DNA of 64,000 nt from Octopus vulgaris. Taxonomy: Eukaryota. The DNA lies in assembly GCA_951406725.2 (NCBI GenBank), contig OX597825.1:7812001-7876000 (forward strand), written 5' to 3'. Under the pieces are notes generated by a model. The model did not search any database. It was given only the letters and a program-made list of their open reading frames with translations, and was not told the DNA's origin. A program made the position numbers and the translations under genes. Of the stretch, positions 39,879 to 54,492 are shown piece after piece. Numbering within the stretch: the stretch's first letter is position 1; each line of letters starts with the position of its first letter.

Positions 39879-40241
39879 TACTGGAAACATGAAAATGCTG
39901 CAGATGTCATCAGACAATGGCAGGAAACCTTTGAAACACCTCCTACAACACGACTGACTATTTATCACATTCGGGATAAATTCAATAACACAGGCTCTGT
40001 GTTAGATGCTCCACGCTGTGGCCGGCCAAAAATGACTTGCACCGCAGAGCACAAATATCTGGTTACTGAATCAGTATTACAAATTCTTCGTAAATGAAAA
40101 AGACGCCGGGCTCTGGAGTTGGGCATAAATAGAAGATCGCTTCAGATAATGCTGAGAGAATCAAAGTACAAACGTTACATACCACGACTCATTCCTGGAT
40201 TAACTGAAGAGGATGGGGATCGTCGTTTATAGGTCTGCGAA
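39879..40241 (+). pseudogene. Tc1/mariner-superfamily transposase N-terminal relic (DUF4817-like HTH region)
   Basis: Hand translation: YWKHENAADVIRQWQETFETPPTTRLTIYHIRDKFNNTGSVLDAPRCGRPKM..RK*KRRRALELGINRRSLQIMLRE..YIPRLIPGLTEEDGDRRL*VCE; TGSV.D..R.GRP and L.E.D...R motifs. Confidence 0.85.
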
Positions 40242-41729
40242 ATCGAGATGTATTCGCAGACTCAAACCGTCAGAACCATTTGTGTTGTAATATTTGTCGA
40301 AGCGTTCCCTCACGTTGTAGGTAATGCATTGAAGTAGGTGAGTTGCAGTTCGAACAGTATCGGTAATTATTTTACTATTGATTACCATAGAATTTTATTG
40401 TTATTAACCAGAATTAACCAGAACCATTTTAATAGTAAATTTGAGGACAGTTGATTAATTGTTTTGTCTTAATTGTTATTGTAAGTACCTGTATAATGGT
40501 ACATGTAGTAACGACAGTGGAGAATGAAAATGAAATAGAAAAATACCAACCACGGTAGATTTGAACTCTGAGCATAAAGATACATAGTTAAACATTCCGA
40601 AGCCATGATACATCTCTAATTATTCCGAAGCCTTGAAATCTGTCTTCCTTATCCTAAATATATTATAATAATTTGTAATGCCTGAAAGCAACTCCACATT
40701 TTTCAGAATTAGTAATATCGATTGAATTGTTTTCGATATGTAAATGGCGAGGGTTAGGTGAACCCAGAGAAGGCAACGCAATATCGACCACGACATTAGA
40801 AAACGTTCAGAAAAGCAAAAGTATATGTAGAGCCTAAGGAAAACAGATTTGGTTTGCTTCCACAAAAATTAGTTAATAAAAATCTAAAAATTGAAAACCA
40901 GGTGAAAATATGCATAGTTTAACGTTTTGGGTTGGGCAAAATGTCTTCAATAATAATAAAATAATGATTTATAGCATTTTTCACACTAATCATTTCTAAT
41001 ATAATAATAATTTCTTAGTTTGGAAATAAAATATAAACAATATAAGGCAAACGAATATTAAAACAAAATTTGAATTATAAACATTTTGTAAGATATTTCA
41101 GCTTATAACCTGTAAAAAAATAAAAAATGAGAAATATAAAATTCAATAAATGAAATAATATAACATGTTAAATATGTTCCTAATTAATTTAAATGACATT
41201 GCCAAACTTCTTTGTCTGACGCGTTGAATTAAGCAGATGTTGCCCAACATGTGAAATAGCATCAGCAGAGAATTTAGAAAACATTTAATTATGAAATTTC
41301 CAACACTAATAACTGCATTCTATCGATAGAATTGAAACAATAATTGCCTAGTTTAAATAAGCACTATTAATTCATTTTTTTTCTATTTTGCATTAAAATT
41401 CCATGTTAATATGTTTGTGGGGGCGTTTTTGGAAATCTGCATACTGTCGATTTAACATGCCATCTAATAGGTTCACCGTTTCACTGTAATTTTCTTTACG
41501 CATCTAAAATAATTGTGGAACATATTCTAATTTGACGCCAAGCAACCCCAAATACCGACACATCTTCAATGCCCCAATGCAATGATACCACACCCTACAG
41601 TCTGCACCAACATGAAAAAAAAAAACACACTCATACACATTCAAACCACGTTAGTAACTGTATCACTAATCTCATCAGAATTAAGCAGTTTAATGAGATG
41701 CCGAGAAGCAGATAGAAGTAAATGGGACT

Positions 41730-41961
41730 AAGGTGGCAAGCTGGCAGAAACGTTAGCACGCCGGGAGAAATGCTTAGCGGCATTTCGTCTGCCGCTACAT
41801 TCTGAGTTCAAATTCCACTGAGGTCGACTTTGCCTTTCATCCTTTCGGGTCGATAAATTAAGTACCAGTTACGCACTGGGGTCGATATAATCGACTTAGT
41901 CCGTTTGTCTGTCCTTGTTTGTCCCCGCTGTGTTTAGCCCCTTGTGGGCAGTAAAGAAATA
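41730..41961 (+). mobile_element. SINE family B (tail type 1), full length with a ~15-bp TSD
   Basis: agaagt(a/g)aatgggac at 41714-41728 and 41962-41976. Confidence 0.9.
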
Positions 41962-43127
41962 AGAAGTGAATGGGACGGCAATCTGAATTTTCTATGAACA
42001 CCTCCCCTTTTAGCTACCTTTAGAATCTACTGCCATAAAGGAGCAAGCCACCAGAGTGAACCTCAAGCCACGATCATAGACTACATACAGCAAAGACCGC
42101 CAGATTCAGTTCAGCAAAAGCTGGTAATAACTGGAGTGTCATCGCACACCGTTGTAACGCATGAAATCTCTGTAACTGCTTAAGCCATCATTGGTGAATA
42201 ACGTGATCACGGGTGGTTTCGATTTATCTTTAAATGTAATTTTATAACAGCTTACACAATACATTCAATGGCAGGTTGGAAAAAATCGATTCAATATAAG
42301 ATACGGTTGGAATATTTGATACGATGTCGATTAACTATATGTATAAATTATGTAACATACATGAATTCTCCGAAATAACAGGTATTATATAAATACAAGA
42401 TATTAACAATATTGAAGAGTATTAGTTTCTTAAAATATCAAACTGTAATGAAAATCAATAGTGTCAATCTAACAATATATTAAACACATAAACACAGCAA
42501 AACACGAACGGTTGTTTAATTGTTTAAATTATATTTTGGCACCTCATCTTACGTATATTTCATCAACATTCGATAATCGTTGGTAACATAGTCAATACTG
42601 TCAAATCGTCAGAGAAGTTTAAATATTATATGATTTGACAGTAAGAGTTATGTAATTTGTATTATGTAACCAATAATCACCTTATATTAATGAAATGTAT
42701 ATAAGATGGTATAACTAAACAACTTATACAAAATCTCATATAGTTCGTCTTGTGTTCTACACATAGCCTGTGTAAGAGTCAAGCCGGATTTCATAACAAT
42801 AGATACAGTTATAATACAGGAACGGAAATACACCAGACATTTTAAAATACAGGTTATTTGTCACACAGTTAAAGGCTTTAATTGTACTGTACCAATGTGT
42901 GTGTGTGTGAGGTATATATATATATATATATTAGACGGTTTGGATGTGATATACAGGTATTATATATTAGAAGAAATAAGGTACTCAGTTATTTGGATGG
43001 TCTTTTATTTACAGATTTTTCTTAATATGTCACATGTCTTATAAAGCATATATTAGCGCTTGCATCTACTCTAGTAGTCTCTCCAGATTTGAAACACTCT
43101 GGAGTAGACGCTCCATTTAATTGAACA

Positions 43128-43349
43128 ATGCAATCATGACATCAATTTAAATGCTGAGCTATCCTCACCTGCGTAAATAAATAGTGGTATATTCTTAACT
43201 ACATTAGTAGCAAGATGGACTCTTTCCCCCTTCTTGCTCTATTAAAGAATTTGAATAAAATATTATTAATGTGTCCAACTGATTAAAAATTCCATTTATT
43301 TATCCAGCTGAGGATAGCCCAGCATTTAAATTGATGTAATGATTGCATT
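43128..43349. repeat. ~58-bp inverted repeat with a ~105-bp spacer
   Basis: aatgcaatcatgacatcaatttaaatgctgagctatcctcacctgcgtaaataaat matches the reverse complement of 43293-43349. Confidence 0.85.
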
Positions 43350-44817
43350 CTACAATATCAATATATACATGTATATATTCATACATACATACGCACGTAT
43401 ATTCATGCAATCTGTTATGGAAACTAGGAGACTTTTATATAGTTATAATCGGTTTTTTTTTCTTAAGAACCTAATGAGGACGCTAAATGAACCCTTTATA
43501 AGTTACTTATCACCCGAAAATTCCGACAGTTTTGTAGAAAACGGGAACGTATATCTAGATTTTATTCGAATGACATACATGTGTTTATTGCATATATAAA
43601 TGCAGTTGAGAGTAAATATACTTTTGTGCCTTTACTGTTTTGGTGAAAAAAGAGCGGTGCAACAGGTTCGCCACGCTAATGAGGTTTAGTTGTTCTTCTG
43701 TTCAAATCCAATCAGTTTTAAAGTAAAAAGAAATTAGCAGGAATAAACATGAAGCAAGACTTTAGGGAAAGAAAAGCTGTGGAGACTATTTAAAAAGGCA
43801 AAAAGAAGAAAAACACAAAGCGGGGAGGAGAAAAAAATTGAATTGCTCATATGTTTTATTGAATTAAATGCGTTAAATGCGAGATTATAGAATTTTCACT
43901 TGGGTTTTCAATACGTAACGAAAGTAAATTTCCCGAGGGAAAATAAGGGAATTACTAACTTGAAAAGAGGGAGCATTGTGTCTTCTATCCCCACTAACAG
44001 TACGTAGTTATTGGCATGCGAGGCTGGGGATAACGTCTGAATAATTTTACAAAGAGAAAGAAAGTAAGACAGAGAGAGAAAGAGAGTAGGGGTGAATAGG
44101 AGTGAGTGATTGAGAGTGGAGAGTGGCAATATAAGTGAGGGAAATACGTAGAGAGAAAGAGAGAAGATCAGGGAGAGTGACAGACAGTTTAACTGAGAGG
44201 GGAATTACATTTTAAATCGTACTTATTGAGGACAAAAAACGGTTTACAACATTTTGTTAAACCGAATTATATACATTCAGATGTGATGCATGCAACAAAA
44301 TGAAAGTTGTAAATCGATAGAAATTTTATTGCACCAAATAGCCAACAAGTGATTGAATGTTGTGTTGTTGTGAAGGAAAAGAAACAGTTGGAAATTTTAG
44401 CAATTCAGATGTAAAGAGTTTGATCTACATATGGATACGAACAAAGAGTTCAGGAGGAAATTCTATACGATAAAAAAAAGATGACTTTTGAAAGAAACAT
44501 AGATTCAAGCAGCAAAATATATGTTGCTGTAGCAAAATATTGCTGAAATACAAACGGGTGGAAGAAAAAAATATTCGATACCTTCTCAATCCTTCGATTG
44601 AAAAGTTCTAACAACTAAAAGACTGTTACAGTATAGGTTTGAGTTCTTGTCTTTTCAGTTCGTATTTCATCTTTATATATTCTACACTACTTTTCAAAAG
44701 TGATATTCTCCAATTACACCAATATGGCTTCTTTTTAAAATTTCTAAATTTTCTCTAAAATTGTTGAAATCGCAACTATAGCAATAAAGAATTTGCATAC
44801 ATAATACCCGACAAAAA

Positions 44818-44855
<38 letters not shown>

Positions 44856-44984
44856 CAACAGCGATAATAAGAATTCTGTTTAAGCAGTAAGTAGCATTAA
44901 AAGTAGTAGTCGCAGCAGTAGCAGCAACAGTGTCAGCTAAGTGTGACTCGTATAAAGAAAAGCAAAACACATTCAAAATTCTTT

Positions 44985-45361
44985 TCTATTCAAGGAAAAG
45001 ACCCGAAATTTTGAGGGGAGGGGGCCAGTTGATTAGATCGACATCAGCACGCAACTGGTACTTAATTTATCGACACCGAGAGGGTGGAAGGCAAAGTCGA
45101 CCTCGTCAGAATTTGAGCTCAGAAATACCTATTTCTTTACTACCCACAAGGGGCTAAACATAGAGAGGACAAACAAGGACAGACAAACGGATTAAGTCGA
45201 TTATATCGACCCCAGTGTGAAACTGGTACTTAATTTATCGACCCAGAAAGGATGAAAGGCAAAGCCAACCTCGGCGGAATTTGAACTCAGAACGTAACGG
45301 CAGAAGAAATACGGCTAAGCATTTCGCCCGGCGTGTTAACGGTTCTGCCAGCCCGCCGCCT
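44985..45361 (-). mobile_element. SINE B type-1 copy abutting or inserted in a SINE B type-2 copy
   Basis: Two successive bodies; junction gagctcag|aaatacctatttc near 45122. Confidence 0.85.
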
Positions 45362-46441
45362 TAAGAAGAATTCGATATTAAAATGTTTATAAGTCGGCGA
45401 TCTGGCACAATCGCTAGCACATTCATATTGATGTAAGAAAGATAACGATGATGATGATGATGATGATGGTGAGTTATTCAGGTGATCCTAATAACCTGTT
45501 CATAGCAGAATTAGAGATCTCTATTGATCTCAAGGGGGATAGATAAAAAAGCTCGGTGTGGACAGGACACAGCTCCAATACAAGATTAAATGTAAGTGAT
45601 AGCTGTTACTCTTTTTTCAGGTAAATGGGCCGGAAAAGAGTGCGATGCAGTATCTTGCTGAGGGACACGATACGCTGTCCCATACGTGAATCACACCCAC
45701 GATGTAACTTTCAGGATGTAGAGCAAACTTTAACCTCTGAACTGAGTGGATTCACCGAAACGTAAGTCGTTTGAGAACACTAGACTCGTATATAATCTTT
45801 CTGAGATGAATTCGAATCTTAACTTGCTATCTTCCATGTGATGAAAAAACGAAAAATTCGATACGAAATTAATGTCGATTGGAAAATATATAATTTATAT
45901 CCACTTCAATATTTTTTTATCGATTTGACAACATCACAGTTAACTCGAATGCGGTGTTGGAGGTAATCTATCGCATATCCTCTTATAGTGTCTCCTGAAA
46001 TAGACTGATGTCTTATCCAGTGGGATAATTATTTCACATCATTTTAATGCGATAAAGCCAAAATTAAGCAGGAGACTTTAAAGAAGATTTCTTAATCAAT
46101 TCTTGTTTCCGAGATAATTTTCACTTGTTTTGCTAAGATTACATTCACAGAAGTTTACTGATTTTTAAGTGAAGTTCGTCTAGAATTGCTTTTAGAAATT
46201 ATAAAACATTCTGCTAGGATGACTGAATAAAAAGGAGAAAGAAAATAGATAAACATATCGATAGCAGCCTGTAATTTCTGGTCGCACCTTTGTTGAAATT
46301 TTATCTTAACAGTGTTGCAATAGTTTACCTCGAAAGATATTTACTGCTCACTGTTTAAAATCACATTTCGTTTCCATTCCTATTATATTTAATGTAAAAA
46401 TCGAAGAAAACATTGGAAGCAACAAGAACATCATCATCTTC

Positions 46442-46480
<39 letters not shown>

Positions 46481-46672
46481 TTCAAGAGCAAGAACAACAA
46501 AAGCAATCCAGGAGAAAGAAAATGTTTATTGAAGTCCCATCGAAGCAAAAGTGTATTTGTGTATTCGGCTTCAGTGTGGTAAAAGTGAGAAATCTTATGT
46601 GAAATGTTAAAATAGACATTTTTATCAGACTGGCTGAGTACACAGCAGTGAGTTGTTGAGGAGATGATTTAA

Positions 46673-46726
<54 letters not shown>

Positions 46727-46878
46727 GAGAAATAACAAAATATTTTTTTTAAAAAAAGCAAAAACAAGACAATGGCTTCTTCTTCATAGAGATCTACAAT
46801 CACAGCACTTAACCGAAGTAACGATATCATAGTCAGCCATCATTGACGTTGCAGATAAGTGTTCAGCAACGTCTATTA

Positions 46879-46930
<52 letters not shown>

Positions 46931-47130
46931 TCTATATATGTCTATGGATGTGTGCGTGCGTGCGTGTGTGTGTTGAGGAAACGATGCTCTCCGTCTATCA
47001 TGTTTGGCGCCATTACTGACCTTTCAACGTATTTCATTAATGTTTGACTGTTTGAACAGTTTCTTTTATAGAAACACAGAACGCAAGATAAAGGAAGAAA
47101 ACATCATCATCGTCACTATCATCGAATTAC

Positions 47131-47202
<72 letters not shown>

Positions 47203-48343
47203 CATTATTATCATTATTATCATTGTTGTTGTTGTTGTTCAGAAATATTCTCTAAGACGTTTTCATACAGATTTAACACTGCGAATGCAGTAACAACAGA
47301 AATTGGCTAAATAATGGTAATGTAAGGTGTGACGATTTTCATATTAAGTGAATGCCGAGAAAAGGTCTGCAATAGAAACGTTATCGAATGTCAGCTAAAG
47401 TACCTCTTACAGTATTCTATGATATTTATGCAAATGCCAACGTATTAAACAGCATTCATTTACACTGAATAAAACAGATTTATATTTAAGAAAAATATTA
47501 TTACATTTCGTAAAATATTTTATCACACGCAAAAAAAAAAAAAATCGATAGAATATAATTTATGTTTTGTTAACGGTTTAATAAAACGGCATTGAAATAA
47601 AGGAAATATCATTTGATAGAGGAAAATGTCATTACATTTAAGAATTCGCATGCCACATCCGAAGCGAAATATTGACTGAATTAGATTTGAAATAAAGGAG
47701 TTTCTGGAGAAATTATTCAATTATGAGAATTACTACATGAGACTTGGAAAATTGAAGGAAAATGTATCAAGTGGACATTTTAAAACTGGATTTCGGAAGA
47801 ATAGTATGGAAAGAACGCCTCTGGCAAAAAGCATATTCATGGCTATATTAGAAAGAAATAACTGGAAATAGTCGGATCGAGAATAAGGATTGTAATTCTT
47901 CGAAATCACATTTCACCAGAATTGTATACTTGATGAATGATGTTTAAATCTTGCAGTCTAGCAAAAAGATTAAAATCTTGATCGTATTAATATCTCAGAA
48001 GATATATTCGGATAAAAGATTCTCCTGAAAAGATTATTGTAAAATAAACAACAAGATTAACGATTTCTCTTTAGATTTTCTGTTATGTTTCGCTCAAAAA
48101 GAGATGCGAGGGTTTAGTATAACGTATAACATACAAGCGAAGTAGGTGAAACCTTGAAAAGTTAAACACGAAGAAAATCATTTGAGAATTACTTTCCAGT
48201 TTATTGCTGAGAATGTTCGAGGAGGTGCGTGGAAGAGTTATTGTCGTTTCTTGGAACATATACAAACTTAGAAAAAAATAGTGGATGAATGTATCAAAAA
48301 TGTGCTGTGAAGAATTTAGGGAGAAAGTGAAATGGAGAGACTT

Positions 48344-48376
<33 letters not shown>

Positions 48377-48616
48377 ATAAGTGGGTGAGAGAGAGAGAGA
48401 GAGAATGGTGAACGTGTAGAAAGTATTACTACCGCCAAGAACCTTATCGTTCGGCTATTATGAATGCCATACATTTTCTACTGGTAGAGCTGAAACGAAT
48501 AGACAAGGTTAAAGAACAGACAACGAATAGACGAGCAAAAACCAAGAATGACTACAGTAGGAAAAACAACAACAATAAATAACTCACAACAGCAACAACA
48601 GAAAATAGCTGAGCAG

Positions 48617-48921
<305 letters not shown>

Positions 48922-49508
48922 GCAACTGCAATGGAAAGTAATAAGTGAGGAATTAACGAAGAATAAACTACCTCCGCAAAACACCGAATAACTTAGACTA
49001 TTATAGAATTCTTTGATCTTGCCAGAGTTGCACATTAGGAATTATAATGCTAATTAAATGTTCTGGTTTGGATAATACTTGGAATCTTCTTTGAAGAATA
49101 AGGATTAAATTGTCTGAAAATAGAATTTCGTTTGTCTTTCTACACGAAGAGAATATAAGACAAAATAATAAAAAAAACAATAAAAATGTAAAAAATCATA
49201 AAGGAAATTATATTCATACATACACATATTATATTCATATACACACCCGCAAGCACATACATATACACACACATATATGATAAAACTCAAATGGGGTTTT
49301 GGTCATATAGGAAAGGGTTAAAGAAATGAATCCGATTACATGGAACTGAAGAGGAAGTTATTTTATAAATTTCACAAAGCTTAGACATCCCTCCGGATCT
49401 GTGTGTAACACTCTATTCTCCGTATGTATGCGTCTATAGGTACGAATATCTATGAGGTTGTACGCATGCGTATTTCTAACTTTGTACTTATGCGTGTGTA
49501 TTCATGTG

Positions 49509-49779
49509 TGGAGGCGCGTGGCTTAGTGGTTAGGGTGCCAGCATCATGATCGTAAGATTGTGGTTTCGATTCCTGGACCGGGCGACGTGTTGTGTTCTTG
49601 AGCAAAACACTTCATTTCACGTTGCTCCAGTCCACTCATCTGGCAAAAATGAGTAACGCTGCGATGGACTGACATCCCGTCCAGTTGGGGAACACATACA
49701 CCATTGAAACCGGGAAACTGGGCCCATGAGCCTGGCTAGGCTTTAAAATGGCGCATTTATTTTTATTTTTATTTTTATT
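49509..49779 (+). mobile_element. SINE group C head plus CORE-like domain with tail type 2
   Basis: Head as in 56907, then ctgcgatggactgacatcccgtccag...; (TTTTTA)n end; tattcatgt flanks both sides. Confidence 0.85.
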
Positions 49780-49872
49780 TATTCATGTTTGTTGTTGAGT
49801 TTATTATGAGGAATTACCACGACCAGTATTGAATACTTTGCTTGTGTTATGTCTCTGATATTTACAGCATAC

Positions 49873-50087
49873 AATTTAGTGAACCGGCAGAATTTTTAGC
49901 GTTCCGAGCAAAATGCTTAGCGGCATTTCGTGCGTCTTTACGGCCTGCGTCCAAATGGAGCCGCGGTCGACTTTGCGTTTAATGTTTTCGGGATCGATAA
50001 AATAGATATCAGCTGAGCAGTGGCGTCGATGTGATCGACGAATCCTCTTTCCCGAAATTGCTTCCATCGTGCCGAGATTTGCAATCA
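49873..50087 (+). mobile_element. Old SINE family B copy with a 15-bp TSD
   Basis: atatttacagcatac at 49858-49872 and 50088-50102. Confidence 0.75.
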
Positions 50088-50356
50088 ATATTTACAGCAT
50101 ACGTTCGAATGCTACAATTTCCTATTCTAGTAAGTTATTGTCATAGAAGCAGTGGGTCAGCAACGGACTAGGGATTGATAAGAATACGTGTTAGTGGAGA
50201 GATGTAAGGAATCTGATAAAAGAGCAACAACGAGAAAAAAAGAGAGGGAGAGAGGGATAGAGAGAAAGAAGGAGAGATAGAGAGAAAGAAAGGCAGGGAA
50301 AGAAAGAGAAAGAAAGAGAAGGGGAAAGTGAAAGTAAAAGAAGATTGAGACATAAA

Positions 50357-50743
50357 TGGATGGAAGCACTCCGTCGGTTACGACGACGAGGGTTCCGGTT
50401 GATCCGAATCAACGGAACAGCCTGCTCGTGAAATTAACGTGTAAGTGGGTGAGCACTCCACAGACACGTGTACCCTTAACGTAGTTCTCGGGGATATTCA
50501 GCGTGACACAGAGAGTGACAAGGCCGGCCCCTTGAAGTACAGGTACAACAGAAACAGGAAGTAAGAGTGAGAGAAAGTTGTGGTGAAAGAGTACAGCAGG
50601 GATCACCACCATCCCCTGCCGGAGCCTCGTGGAGCTTTAGGTGTTTTCGCTCAATAAACACTCACAACGCCCGGTCTGGGAATCGAAACCGCGATCCTAT
50701 GACCGCGAGTCCGCTGCCCTAACCACTGAGCCATTACGCCTCG
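50357..50743 (-). mobile_element. SINE group C (head C1 plus tail 1), full length, 12-bp TSD
   Basis: ttgagacataaa at 50345-50356 and 50746-50757; near-identical to 54114 and 59990 copies. Confidence 0.92.
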
Positions 50744-51638
50744 ACTTGAGACATAAAAAGCGCGTAGTGTAATGTTCGCATTTGAACGCGAGAATTGTCC
50801 ACTTTATGTAACTGGTATCAAAACATTTCCAATTAAATTCGCCTCTGATGATTCAAGTTTAATATTTATTTAATTACGTCTTACTCTTTAGCTTTTCTAC
50901 TTTCTAATCTTTCGATAATTTAGATCCGGTCTCTGTGCCATTATCAAAGAGATAAGTTACCCAATGAAAAATTGCTATCAAAATATATTTACGAATCAAG
51001 TTGCAAAGGAAGACATAAAATTCTGAGAATTCTCAAGTATTTTGTTAAGATGAATAACAGTTTGATAAAAGGACAATTCACCATTACATTCTCGGTTTAG
51101 CAGCTTCTTTTTTAAACTCTGTTAGATGAAACCTTACCACTTCGTTGCTGGTTTAGATAAGTTGGTTGTTAACCATCTACCTGTCTGTATTGGCCAGTTG
51201 CTGGTGGAAACGGTGAACTTATGAGGCAGATGAGGTCTGTCCATTGGTACGTACGTGGAATTTAAACTCAAAAAACAAAAAAAAAAGCTGGAAGAGAAAC
51301 GTATATATATCTCTAACAATATATGTATGTAAGTATATATATAGTATATACGTATGTATATGGGTATATATATATATATATGTATATATATACTGTATTT
51401 ATAGATTAATCTGCCAAGAAAGAATATGTATCTATCAATGCGATGTTTGATACTATCGTGTATATATACATTACATACATACACACACACAAACATACAC
51501 ACATATACATATATATATACACATACACATACATATATGTGTATATGTATATATATATATGTGTGCGCGCGTATATATATAAATGCATATATATATATAT
51601 ATATATGTATGTATATATATATGTATATATATATGAGC

Positions 51639-51679
<41 letters not shown>

Positions 51680-51697
51680 CAGGTACATATATATATT

Positions 51698-51740
<43 letters not shown>

Positions 51741-52164
51741 ATTGTAAAAAAAAAACACCAGCTGTAAAGTATGTTCATCTGTCGCTGATACTGATTTTGT
51801 GACGTGAATTCACGTGTCTGGTAAGGCGAGGTTCTAGCAGCTATTCATCTCTATGGTCAATCCTGACGACGACCATCTGAATTCAACTGAGAAACAAATA
51901 AATAATTCAGCTACATCCCAAAACATCTTAATGGTGGATCTCAGAAGAGCAATATAGAATAGAGTTCTTTGATAAGCTTGTCGATCGTACAAAAGCAGAA
52001 CTTTATCTCCGTGCAAATAGCCGGATACGCACAAACAGAGATATTCAAGTTATACAATGGTGACAATGCGTCATCAAAGAATGATATACATTTAATCGAA
52101 TATCGTGAAACTTGAGAAGTCATAAATAAATTAAATGTGCCAACTGTGTACGAGAGTATCGATT

Positions 52165-52596
52165 TCATATTTTGACACAAGGCCGACAATTTCAAGAGAG
52201 AGAACAAGTCCATTATATCGAACCCAGCGTTCAACTGGTACTTATTTTATCGACCACGAAAGGCTGCAAGATATAGTCAAAAACAATAGAATTTGAACTC
52301 AAAATGTAAATTCGGAAGAAATGCCGCTAAACCTTTATCCTTGCATAACGACAGACGAAATACCTATTTCTTTATTACCCACAAGGGGCTAAACACAGAG
52401 GGGACAACCAAGGACAGACATAGGTATCAAGTCGATTACATCGACTCCAGTGCGTAACTGGTACTTAATTTATCGACCCCGAAAGTATGAAAGGCAAAGT
52501 CGACCTCGGCGGAATTTGAACTCAGGACGTGACGGCAGACGAAATACGGCTACGCATTTCGCCCGGCGCGCTAAAGTTTCTGCCAGCTCGCCGCCT
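52165..52596 (-). mobile_element. SINE B type-1 copy joined to an older type-2 copy
   Basis: Inner copy ends at gacagacgaaatacctatttc (about 52350-52370). Confidence 0.82.
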
Positions 52597-53215
52597 TGTG
52601 GTCATATACCTATTATAGCAGTATCAAGGCCCAATTTTACTCAAAGCTTATAAATAAGGAGACTAACTGCGTTCTCTATTTCGAGTCAAGCTTGCTCATC
52701 GCATTTCAACAATCAGGATTCGATTGAGTTTATTTCATCAAAGTGAAATATCTTTAAAACATCTCCGTACCACAGCAAAGATGTTAGTCAGCAAAAAAGT
52801 ATCTAGACGAAACAGAGGCTCGAAGTATAGCATGCACAAATAGAAACACTTCCCCAAACGCAATATGTAATCATTTTGTCTCTTCTCATTAATTAGCAGC
52901 TGAAGAACGATCTTTGAAATAGAAAATGAAATCAAAAGTCGAATCCTGAAGGAGTCTGAAGCAATTACTCAGAAGCATAATGAATTGAAACGTACTGGAC
53001 TTACAGAATATTTTTATCAGAAATCATAACCGTTCATCTTTACACAGGAGCACAAGAATGCACAACGCTGCAACGACAGGTAAAATGCATTCAACATTGC
53101 AAAAATAGAAACAAAGCTCCTCTCATTTTCATAGGCAACATTCCACAAACGGAACAGAATAGCTTCTCTACATTATATACATGTCTATCTATCTATCTAT
53201 CTATCTATCCATCTA

Positions 53216-53286
<71 letters not shown>

Positions 53287-53323
53287 TTCTGTCTGTCTGT
53301 CTATCTGTCTGTCTGTCTATCTG

Positions 53324-53389
<66 letters not shown>

Positions 53390-53974
53390 CGTCTGCCAGT
53401 CTGTCTTATTTAATCGATCTGTCTGTACGCGCTCGAGCACAAGCGTGTCTATGTGTGTGTGTGTGTGTGTGTTTGTGTGGGTGTGTGCCTGCGTGCGTGC
53501 GCGCGCGCGTGTATGTGTGTGATGTGTGATTATTCACCAACGTAATTGCATATCACTTCACTTGTAGAGTCTGATATCATTCTTCTGTCCTGAGTGTATT
53601 TACCTCAGTTTATTCCTTTCTTGATAGCGATATCAAAACCTCACATTATCTGTACTATTTAGAATGGTCGATTATAATAGTCCGTCACATCTGCATTGCT
53701 TTTCGGCAAGAAGAGTACATTAGTATAAATATCGTCAAACTCCATTTTACGGCTGTGTTTACCTTGGATAGAATTTACATTTTCTTACAACTCCTTCAAA
53801 CTTCAAGAACTAATAAAATTAGGTCCAATAATATGTTTGTGTCATTTCAATCCTTCTTCCCGCATGAAGTCTTGCGTACAGTATAACTGTAATAATATAA
53901 TAGTCATTATTTCGATAGACCTTCATCTCATTTAGTTAATGCCATTTACCTGGGTTATATACTAACTATACAAG

Positions 53975-54085
53975 TATAAAAGGTAAAGTTGACTTCGGCG
54001 GAATTTGAACTCAGAATGTAGCGACGGGAGAAATATTGTTAAGCATTTCGCCCGGCGTGCTAACGATTCTGCCACCTCGCCGCCT
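53975..54085 (-). mobile_element. SINE family B, 5' fragment
   Basis: ggcggaatttgaactcagaa..gcatttcgcccggcgtgctaacgattctgccacctcgccgcc. Confidence 0.85.
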
Positions 54086-54113
54086 TTCCGTACCATTTAT
54101 ATAGTGGTTGTTG

Positions 54114-54492
54114 GGGAGGCGCAATGGCCCAGTGGTTAGGGGAGCGGACTCGCGGTCATAGGATCGCGGTTTCGATTCCCAGATCGGGCGTTATGAGTGT
54201 TTATTGAGCGAAAACACCTAAAGCTCCGCGAGGCTCCGGCAGGGGATGGTGATGATCCCTGCTGTACTCTTACACCACAACTTCCTCACACTCTTACTTC
54301 CTGTTTCTGTTGTTTCAAAGGGCCGGCCTTGTCACTCTCTGTGTCATCCTGAATATCCCCGAGAACTACGTTAAGGGTACACGCGTCTGTGGAGTGCTTA
54401 GCCACTTACACGTTAATTTCACGAGCAGGCTGTTCCGTTGATTCGGATCAACCGGAACCCTCGTCGTCGTAACCGACGGAGTGTTTCCATCC
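54114..54492 (+). mobile_element. SINE group C (head C1 plus tail 1), full length, 12-bp TSD
   Basis: A-box tggcccagtggttagg, B-box gtttcgattccc; atagtggttgtt at 54101-54112 and 54493-54504. Confidence 0.92.
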
